In this document: positions 34,470 to 45,400 of the stretch, piece after piece
Layout: each line of letters opens with the position of its first letter
Position numbering within the stretch: position 1 is the stretch's first letter
Virus record (IMG/VR): IMGVR_UViG_3300033475_000009
Coordinates: 1-64,000 of that record
Direction: 5' to 3' (one strand)
Source: a virus
Lineage: Duplodnaviria; Caudoviricetes
Length of the DNA stretch: 64,000 nucleotides
Program-made: the position numbers and the translations under genes
Notes under the pieces: model-generated
Seen by the model: only the letters and a program-made list of their open reading frames with translations
Databases searched by the model: none
What the model was told of the DNA's origin: nothing

Positions 34470-36434
34470 ATGATTTCTCGCTACGATAATCCTGCACAAC
34501 AACCAGTATATGACACATATGTACCTATTCCTTATCAGGAATTAGCATATGGTCTAAGAAATAAACAGAATGAATATGATGTTCTTAAGAATACTGCTGA
34601 TCAAGCTGATAATGCTATAGCTGCTTTAAAAGCTCCAAGCTTCATTAGAACCTCTACTGATTATTCTCCTACTGGAACTATAGAGAATCCTCAAGCTATG
34701 TTACTAAAACAAGCGCAGGAACAGTTTGCACAGCAAAAACAAGATCTATTAGAATCAGGTCTAGATTTTACTACTCCTGAAGGTAAACAAAAGATTAGTC
34801 AATATGTAAGAAATGCTTCTAACTTCTATAATACTCATGGAAGACAGATACAACAGGATTCACAAAATATAGAACAGCATAATAAAAACTTTGATGAATA
34901 TCTTAAGAAAGGTGTAGGTTACCAAGGTAATGCTTATTATGCTGATAGTAATGTAGATAAATTTCTTAATAATGGTGCTGGATTTGAAGTTACTTCTTTA
35001 AATCCTTATCAAGAAAGAAATAAGATAGTAGGTGATGCTCTAGATAAAATAAAATCTCAGGTTATCACTACTAGGGATAAGAATGGTTTAGTTTCTTTAA
35101 CTGATAAAGAGACAGGTCAAAGATTAGCTACTATACAGAACGGTAGAACTATTTGGGAAGGAGTTAGTAAACAAAGAGTATTAGATGCTTTAAAAGGAGT
35201 AGTAGGTACAGAATTAGAAGGAGGTATCCAAAATGAAGCTAAGTCATACATGGAATATTTACTAGGTAAAAACTCTGATAAAGTATATGATGAAAATGGT
35301 AAGATAAAAAGAGTAGAATATGAAACTAAAGATTCTAAAGGTAATAAAATAAAATTATCCGAAGATGCTGATAAGTATTACTATAATAAAAAATATAGTC
35401 AACTTAATAAAGATCTAGAAGATTATGCTTTAAATACATTTGTATCTTCTAAAGTTAATGATACTCAAACTAATAAATTATTACCAGATGATTATCAATT
35501 AGGTAAAGAAAATATAGCTGGAGGTATACCTACAACAGTTACAGGATATGCTAATGTAGAACAGAATAGTTCCTCTACTCCAGCTAAAGATGCCTATAAT
35601 AGTTTTAGAGAAAAAACTAAACAAAATCCTGTAGTTACTCACAACTATGGAGGAGGCACTGTAGTAGGTGGTTATGATAAAATGCCTTATAAAGAAAAAC
35701 TAAAAGATTTTAAAAGTACTGTTATTAGTTCTTTTAATGATCCTAATGATCGTAAGAAAGCTGAAGTATTACTAAATCAGATAGCTAATGATATGCCTAG
35801 AGGTCATCTGGAAACAGATAAAGAAATTATAAACCAAATAGCTGATGATTTTGATTCTAGATGGAAAAATGTAAAAGCTGATAAACTAGTAAATTTTGTA
35901 CCTACTAAAAATACAGCACAGGTAGAAAAAGCATTTACTAACTTTGTTAAAAATACTGCTGCTGGTTCTATAGTAAGTACTCCTAATGGAGAAGAAACTG
36001 ACTTTGATCCAGATAGTGATTATACTTTCTCTGGTATTATAGTAGGAGATAATGGAGTATCTTTTAATATGAGAAATACTAAGAATCCTAAAGATGTTAT
36101 TAAAGTATATAATAGAAGTAATATAGGAGCTAATAATATTGGTGTAGCTAGAAATGATCTTAAGCAGATAGATAATGCAGGTCATGTACAAGATAATCCT
36201 TTATTAAGAAATTTAGTATCTGCTGTATATGGAGATAAAGGAAGCAATTATACCTATAAGGTAGTAACTGATCCTGATTCTCCTTCATTATCTTCAGTAG
36301 TATTATTGAATAGTGATGGTAGAATTATTGAATCTATACCTGATGAAGTATTAGATAATCTTACATTAGAATCAGTAGCTGCTAGTATGGGAAGTGTAGG
36401 ATTAGGAGCAGCTCCTAAACATAAATTAAAATAA
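34470..36434 (+). CDS. ejected cargo protein 1 (crAss-like)
   Basis: N-terminal SRYDNPAQQPVYDTYVPIPYQEL; precedes the giant RNAP. Confidence 0.65.
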   Translation: MISRYDNPAQQPVYDTYVPIPYQELAYGLRNKQNEYDVLKNTADQADNAIAALKAPSFIRTSTDYSPTGTIENPQAMLLKQAQEQFAQQKQDLLESGLDFTTPEGKQKISQYVRNASNFYNTHGRQIQQDSQNIEQHNKNFDEYLKKGVGYQGNAYYADSNVDKFLNNGAGFEVTSLNPYQERNKIVGDALDKIKSQVITTRDKNGLVSLTDKETGQRLATIQNGRTIWEGVSKQRVLDALKGVVGTELEGGIQNEAKSYMEYLLGKNSDKVYDENGKIKRVEYETKDSKGNKIKLSEDADKYYYNKKYSQLNKDLEDYALNTFVSSKVNDTQTNKLLPDDYQLGKENIAGGIPTTVTGYANVEQNSSSTPAKDAYNSFREKTKQNPVVTHNYGGGTVVGGYDKMPYKEKLKDFKSTVISSFNDPNDRKKAEVLLNQIANDMPRGHLETDKEIINQIADDFDSRWKNVKADKLVNFVPTKNTAQVEKAFTNFVKNTAAGSIVSTPNGEETDFDPDSDYTFSGIIVGDNGVSFNMRNTKNPKDVIKVYNRSNIGANNIGVARNDLKQIDNAGHVQDNPLLRNLVSAVYGDKGSNYTYKVVTDPDSPSLSSVVLLNSDGRIIESIPDEVLDNLTLESVAASMGSVGLGAAPKHKLK

Positions 36435-36447
36435 ATTAACTTTCAAT

Positions 36448-39400
36448 ATGCCAGATCCAAAAGAAAAGAAATCTTCTTTTAATAATATAGATTATAAATC
36501 TATAGCTAATAATATAGTTTCTAGTGATCCTGCTTTTAATCCTTCTCAATACGAAGGAAAACTTGATTTAAAAAGTTCTACTTTAGAAGGTGGAGTACCT
36601 GCTGCTTTAGTAGGTAATCCTTCTGCTGATGAATATCTAGCAGAATTAAAAGCTAAGAGACAAGGACTGTTAGATAAGTTTGCTAATGGTACTTTACAGG
36701 CAGCTAATACTGCTGTGGTAGGTACTATAGGTAATACTGCTGGAGTTATAAATGGTTTGGTAGATTTAGCAGATAATAAATCTTTCTTTGATAACCCTAC
36801 ATTTAAATTTATGGATGAATGGGATGAATCAGTTAAAGAAGCTTTCCCTCTTTATAGATCTAAGAAAGAAATGATAGGATCTGTAGGTGATAGAGTATTA
36901 GATAAAGATTTTCTTTTTGGTGATATTTTTCAAGGTTTAGGGTTTGTAGGTTCTTCTTTAATACCTGGTGCTGGATGGAGTAGAGCAGGTAAAGTAGCCA
37001 GAGGTGCTATATTAGCCAATAGACTAAATAGACTAGAACAATTAGTAGCTAAAGGAGCTGTAACTACAGCTGAATATAATAATCTATCTAAGTTCATTAA
37101 AACTACTGATGATATTATTAGTACAACTTCTAACTTAGGAGCTGCTACTATGGGTAGAATGTATGAAAGTAGACTAGAAGCTAAAGATGTATATGATCAA
37201 ACTTATAATTCTTCTTATGATAAAAAGCTAGATGAATTAAGAACTTCAGGGTTATCAGATGATCAAGCTATGATACAGGCTGATAATTATGCTACTAAGA
37301 AAGCAACTGATGCTAGAAATTATTCTTTTGGAGCTAATATGTTATTATCTATACCTGATTTCTATCAGTATACTAAGATATTTGGAGGTATAGGAAATAA
37401 AGTAAATACTGTTAATAAAATAGCTTCTAAGACTGCTTCAGAGACTATTGAACAAGGATCTAAGGGTTTACTAGGTAAAGCAACTAATCTTCTTGGAAAA
37501 GCTATTAAAAATGAAAAACTTGCAGTAGCAGGTACTGAAGCTTTAGAAGAAGGTACTCAATATAATATCGCTGAAACTGCTAAGAAATTAGCTGAAAGAG
37601 ATTATGATTTTAATGTTTCTAATTTTGTAGACGAGTTTATAAATCAGTCTATTCAGAATATATCTTCTCCTGAGTTTTTAACTTCTTCATTAGCTGGAGC
37701 AGTAATAGGAGGAGGTTTAGGCTTTATAGGTAATAACAATAATACAGATAATCCAAATCTTAAAAATAGTATTCAAGCAGTACAAGAAAATTCAGATCTA
37801 CTAAAATCTACTGAAAAGGCTAGAGATGGATTTTCTAAATTCACTCAGCTAGAACAGAATAAAACAGAATTAGCTGAAAAGATAGCTAATAAAGATACTA
37901 AAGAAGAAGATAAAGTAAGAGCTGAAGTATCACATAGACAATTAGATAATTTATCTTTTGCTCAATCAGTTAAACAAAATGTTGAATCTGGTAAATTAGA
38001 TAATTATCTAATGGAACTAGAAACTATAGGTAATAATACTAAGGAACAAATTACTAGTGATTTTGGTACTACTTCTTTTGAGTATAAATCTAATGGAGAT
38101 GAACTTAGTCCAAAAGAAGTTATTGATAAAAAGATTCAAAGAGCTAAAAGACAAGCAGCCGTTTATCAGGATATACAAACTAAATTTAATAATTTATCTC
38201 AGGTAAGTAAAGATGAACTGTACAATCTTCAAGTAACTACTGATTATAATAGAGAAAAATTAGGAGTAGTTACAGGTATGATAGATAGATTAACTCTAGA
38301 AAAACAAAATTCAGAGTTATCTAAAATTCCTTTTACTGCTGAAAAACAATCAGATCTTAATAATTTAAATAAAGAAAAAGAGTATCTAATTGAAGATCAA
38401 AAGAAAATAGACGAAAGATTTCTAGATATTAAATCAGGTAAAGCAGAAGATAGAAAGTTAAAAACTGACAATCTTCCTACTCCTTCAATCCCTAAAGTAA
38501 AACAAGAACAAGTAGAAACTCCTATAGAGACTATTAAAGCTTCTAAAGAAGGTAAATACAAAGGTTCAAATATTGAGGTGTTAAGTAAAACTCCTATAGG
38601 AGATAGAATTACTTTTAGAGTAGAAGGTAATAACTCTAAAATATCTTTATCAGAAGAAGAATTTAATAAACAAGTATTATCTAAAGGATCAGATACTAAT
38701 TATAATACAGGAGATACAGTTATACTTTCCGATGGTAAAAATGTAATAGATACTAGTAAGTTGTCTAATAATAGAAAAGAATTAGGTACAGTTTCTTTCT
38801 TTAATAGCCCTATAGAATTTAAGTCTAATACTATACTAGATAGAAAAAATGAAATATTATCTGATCCTAATTGGAAATCTAAGTTTAGAATTAAAGTTAC
38901 AGATTTCTATGCTAAGAATAAACCTTTAGCTACTAAAGCTTATTCTAATAGTGAAGTACACACATATACTAATGGAGGAGATAATGCTATAGATATTATA
39001 TTGGAATATAATGATACTATAGATGATAAAGATAATTGGGTTACTTATGGATCTTTACCTTATTCTGGTATGATTAGAGATTCTAAAGGTAAACCTTATG
39101 ATTTATCTACTATGAATTATTCTGATTTTGTTAGTAAATTTTATATAGCAAAAATCATAGATAGTAATGGAGTAGAGCAAACTATAGAATATACTCCTGA
39201 TCAATTTAGCCAGCTTAAAATAGAACAATCTAAATTTAATGAATTTGAAGAGTTGCTAAAACAACAGTTTAATAAAAATAACAAAGAAGAAGCTATACTA
39301 CCTACTAATGTAGTAGATACCAGAATATCCTATTTCGTTAATTCTGTAGATACTTTATTAAACAATATTCTAACTAATCCTGAATTTACTAATAGTAAAT

Positions 39401-42400
39401 TATTAGTTATTTCAGATGGTAAAATAAATAAGGATCTTACTAATACAGATAGAAGATTAGCTATACCTGATTATTTAACAGAAACTTATGGTACTAACAA
39501 TAAAACATTTATAAATGTAGAACTACCTAATGGAGTATCTTTCTGGACTATAGCTTATGTAAAAGGTAATAATAAAAAATTAGAATCAGAAATCATAGCT
39601 GATCTAATTGGGCTTATTACTAATTATAGTAAGATTTCAGTGAATCCTGAAAATGATAATAAAGTAAATAATATAATTAAAGATATAAATAGCAAACTAT
39701 TTATAAGTAATAGTTTATCTAGCTATCTAAGTTTTAGAGCTTATCCTTTAGAAGATAAAACAGGATATAAGATAAAAGTACAATTAAAAACAGATGCAGG
39801 TACTAAATATATAGATATTTTTAATCCTGAAATTACAGTTAAATCTGATGGTACTTCTTTAACTATAAATGACTTAAATTCTTACTTTAGTTTTGATAAT
39901 TTATCTACTTTAATAAATAGTGGATTTAGTAAATTAGGTTCTCCTATTAATATTAATGCTGAGAATTTTATATCCAATAATACTAAAGGTAATCCTAAGT
40001 TAGAGGATTTAACAGTACCTATAGGTTCTCTAAATTATAATATTAAATTAGAATATAATAGTAATAATTTACCTACATTAACTTCTTCTGAAACTTTAGA
40101 TAAATCTACTAATAAGGATTTAGATAATGAAGTAGAGAATGATGTAGCTGATTTAGTAGCTAAGAGCAAAGAGAAAAAGAAAACTAAATTTAGTTTAGAA
40201 TATAATAGTATTGATAATACTAAAGTATCTAGGCAGTATTTAGAAAATATAGCTACTAAGATTAATTCTCAATACAATTTAAATGTATCTATAGAACCAG
40301 TATTTGATAATTCAGGTAGACCAGTTAAAGGTAAATTTGAAAATGGTACTGTTTATCTAAATCCTCAGTTTGCTACAGAAGATACTCCTATACATGAAGT
40401 AATTCACCCTTTTATCTCTATTATAGAGGATAAGAATCCTTTACTATATAAGAACCTTATTAAAGAAATGAAGGCTTCTAGTATAGGTAAAAGAGTATTA
40501 CAGTCAGTCACTGATAATTATTCAGATCTTACAGATACAGAATTAGAACAAGAAGCTTTAGTTTCATTAATAGGATACTATGCTTCAGGAGTTATACCTA
40601 ATGAAGAAAGAGACTTAATATCTGTTATAAAAGCTTTATTTAAGAAAATAGCTTCTTATATTAAATCTATATTTAATAGAGATATAGATCCTTCTGATAT
40701 AGCTACAACTACTACTATTTCTGATCTATCAGATATTATAGTTAATTCTAATATAGATTTAGGTACAGTAATAACTAGAGATTCTAAAGAAGCTAAATTA
40801 GACTTATTGTCGGCTAATGATAGTAATAAGCTAATAAATACTGTAGGAGCTAAAACAGTATTAAGAATTGATACTAGACCTACTAAAGAGAATCTTAAAC
40901 CTATTATTAATTCTATTATAGAACAAACTAAGCTAGAAAATAATACTAGAAATATAGATGCTTCTAATATAGAAGATTTAGAGGAAAGAAAAGCTTATAA
41001 ATTAAAAAGACACTTAGTTTATGAAGCTTTAAATATTCAGGATAATGTAGATAGTATTATTAAATCAGTCACTGAAGATATACTTAAAATGCATTACTCA
41101 GAAGAAGGTACTTATTCTGAAGAAGATGATACTGTACAGAATGTAAATGATGAAGCTGATATTAGAGATTATGAAGAAGGAGTAGAAAATTCAGGCGGTT
41201 GGAATAATGTAGATCCTGAAGTAAGAAACTTTATATATTATAATACTTATACTTATATAGATGAAGCAGGATATGAAATTACTGAAGCTATAGATGGAGT
41301 AAATGTATATAAAACAATACAATCTTCTTTAGCTGATAAAGATCCTTCAGAATTTATTTCTATACTAGAGGTTATTAGTAAATATGATTTACAGCTTAAA
41401 TCAGTATTAGATAATTTTAAAGTAAAAACAGGTTATGGTATAGAAGGTACTAAAACTTTATCTCAATCTAATTTCTATAATAAATTCTTTAAAGCTTTTG
41501 AAAACTCAAAACTTGAATATGTACAAGTATTTGAAAGTAAAAAAGGTGATCTTATAGTAAATTCTGCTAATAAATCTATGACAGCAGGTAGACTATTTAG
41601 TAGATGGAAAAATAATTTTATAGTTAATAAAGATACTTTAAAAGTAAATTCTGATAAATTAAACAAGATTATAAATGATATAGGTTCAGAAGTAATTTCT
41701 TCTCCTATAGATATAGTTAATAGTTTATATACAGGTTTAAATAATATTGGTATAGGAGTATCTAAACCTTTCATAGAATATTCCTTTATATCCGAATCTC
41801 CTTTATCTACTTTTGAAAAAGAAGGAGTAATTAAACTAGATATTAATACTATAAAGAGGCTTTTAACTTCCATTAAAAAAGATATAGATATTTTTGATAA
41901 AGGAGAAAAAGGAAGTACTGGATTATTATATGAAATAGCTGAAGCTGACGCTATATTTAGAACTGATGCTATTGAAGATACTTATAGAGATTCCAGAGGT
42001 AAACTAAGAAATAGTTTTACTAAACAAAATCTAATAACTAAAGCTATTAGTACCTGGAAAAGAAATATACAAGATTCAGATTTTATTAGATCTATTAAAG
42101 GAGATAAAAATAATTATTATCATTATAATTATTTATTTAATAATAAATTATTTGATTCAGAAGCACAACTTAAAGAAGTATTTAAGAATGCTGATTTAGC
42201 TCTTATAGGTGATATAAGATCGGGTAAAGATAAATATACCACTAGAAATATAGTTACAGATGCTTTCTCTAAGATGCAAATAGCCTTATTTAGAAATGCT
42301 ACTTCTCCTAAAGATATCTCTGATAATAGTTCTTTTAAGTTTGATCCTAGAACTGATTCAAGACAAAAATTTGCTTTTGTAGACTTTGGTAAAATATCAG

Positions 42401-45400
42401 ATAAGAATACAGAAATAGCTTTAAGATTACCTATAGATAATAGATTCTTTGATGGTAAAGAGTTTACAAGTTGGTATATAGATCAATTATATGATACTAT
42501 ATTCCTACAAGAATATAATAAGCTTAAGAACTATGAAACTAAAGGAAGATTATATTATTCTAAAGATAAACCTCTTACTTTAAATCCTAATGTAATTAAA
42601 AATAATAAATTGGGTAATGGCTGGATGAATCTATCAGTATTAAATAATTCAGTAATAGATCAATTTAGTACTACTAATAATAAACCTGAATATCTAGAAT
42701 TAAAGGACTTACTTAAAGTAGAAGATTTATCTACTAAAAAAGAATTAGTTAAGAAATATCTTAATGAAACATTTACCAAAAGCTTTAAAGATTATCTAAA
42801 TATATTACTAAGTGAAGGCTCTATTAATAAAGATTCTGATTTAGTAGAGTTAGGTAATATGTATGCTAATAATTATATACTGAGGACTTCTTTTCAACAA
42901 TTAGTTAAAGGAGATTTAGCAGTATCTAAAGATTTAGATGATGACTTAAAAAGAAATGGTAGAGTTACAGCTTATGGAGATTCAGGAATAGACTTTACAG
43001 GAGATAAAACTAATACTTATAAAGTATTGTATATGACTGAAGCTATTAACTATAAGATTAAAGAAGATAATAACTTTAGAGATTTAACTCCAGAAGAAAA
43101 TAAACTTAGAGAAGAAGGTAAAGAAGTAAAAGGTTTAATAGAAATAAATTCAGATGATGCTGGAGTTAGAATGACAGTTAAACATTTTATAGATACTTTA
43201 CAGAGATTAGGCAGGCTAGATGATAATACTTTAAAGATATTAACTAAACTAGATAATGGAGAACACCTAACTCCTGGAGAAATTAATAAGATAGACTTAA
43301 TACCTCTTAAAGGAGTACATGGAGGATTAGATAAATATTTTAAAATGTCTCAACTTTGTCTTACTAAAGAACTTACTTCAGTTAAAGATAAAGATGGTAA
43401 TTGGATACCTAGATTAGGCAGAGAACAATTACATAATATGAGAGAATTAATGGAAAGAAATAATATAGGTTTGGCTATGCCTAAATCTGCTTCTAAATCT
43501 ATTAGTAAATCTTTATTTAATCAAAAACAATTATTTGAGTCTAGTGATTTTGATATAACTGAACATTCAGAAGATGTTAGTTGGGAAGATTGGAGGTTAC
43601 AAGTAGAAAACCAATCTGGTAAAATAGAAATTTCTCAACCTGTGCAGATTTTACAAATGATTGATGGATCTTCTAAAATATCTCAGGATATTAAAGATAA
43701 ACTTCAAACATTATATGAACAACAGAGAGAAGCTGATATTAATGATGCTATGAATATAGCTACAGGTAATACAGTTTTTGGTAAACAAGCTTTAGTAGAT
43801 AAGTTTTATGATAATGCTATATCTTCAGCTGCTGATGCTAATACTCTAGAGTATTTATCAGGTAATGAAGGAGAATTTAAATATAATCCTAACTTACCTC
43901 ATATAGCATTTACCTTTGAAAATTATTACACTTCTCATTTTAATAAAGGAGTATTAGCGCAGAAAGTAGCTGGTTATAAATGTACATTAGCTCCTTCTAC
44001 AGGCATTAAAGTTTTAAGGAATACTCAGACAGGAGATATAGTAAGATCTGATGCCTATGAAGCTAATAAAACAGAATTTAAAGGTAAAGAATACCAAGTA
44101 TCAGAATTAAGAATTCATTCAGGCATTTCTCCTTATGCTGAATGTTTAATGACTAAATCTCAAGCTCAGAAATTAGGGCTAGTTATTGGAGATAGTATAG
44201 ATCAGGAAGTATTTAAAATGGTAGGAACTAGATTACCTTGTCAAGGTTACAGTTCTATGATACCAATTAAAATAGTAGATTTCTTACCAGAATATTATGG
44301 TTCTACTATTATAGCTCCAGAAGAAATAGTTTATATAGCTGGTTCAGATTATGATGTGGATAGTCTTTTTATAATGAGAAAAGAAGCTTATTTAGATAAA
44401 GAAGGTAATACTAGATATTATACTTATAATGAGTCTAATAATGATCTTAGATGGAATGATTATTACAACTATTTAACTACAGCTAATAAGAATGTAGTTT
44501 CTAAGATTAGGCAAGGTATGCCAGTAGAAGAAGCTTTAAAAGCTTATAATTATTCTTCTACTAAAGAAGAGTTCTTAGCTAAAGAAAAAGAAACTGGTAA
44601 GTTTTTTAACTCTAAGTATTCAGTAACTAATGAGATAGTTAATATCTATGAACAAATATTAACTGATCCTAAGATGTTACCTGACCTTCAGGAACCAGTT
44701 ACTACATCAGGATTTGATATTATAGGTAAGGCTATTTACTTTGGATTATTTAATGAAGGTAGTAAAATGAATTACTTCCATAATTCAGACAAAGCCCTTA
44801 AAAAACATTTTGAATTAGCTACACAAGGTAAAAGAGATGTAGGTCCAGCAGCTTTAGGATCTAGTATTAGTAGTTTCTTTAAAAAACATAAAGTTACTTT
44901 AAATGAAGGAGATGAAAAAAGAAATATCCCTTCATGGCATTTTATGTTTAATAATAAACTAGTTAATAATTTCTATGAAGATGATGTAATAGATTTTGAT
45001 TTTGTATATAAAGATGGTAAACCAGTATTAAATGAAGAAGGCATGCCTCTTACTACAGATATAGCTACTGTATCTAAACAGGAAGTACATTCAGGATTAA
45101 TATCTATTACAGTAGATAACCAGAAAGATCCTGTTTGCTTTATGCTTAATTTAGATGAAACTAATACAGCTATAGCCTCTACAATGATACATTTAGGTAT
45201 AGGAGGTAAAGGATTTATAGCTACTTTAATGAACTCAGGACCAGTTAAATATGGTATAGGTAATCCTTTTGAAGGAAATAGAAACCAAGTTACTAAAGAA
45301 TCTTTAGTTAAATCTATGATGGGTAAAGCTTCTGAAAAAGAAGAAAATGATATAGCTGCTCTATATAAACATTTATCTAATATATCCTCTTCTACTTTTA

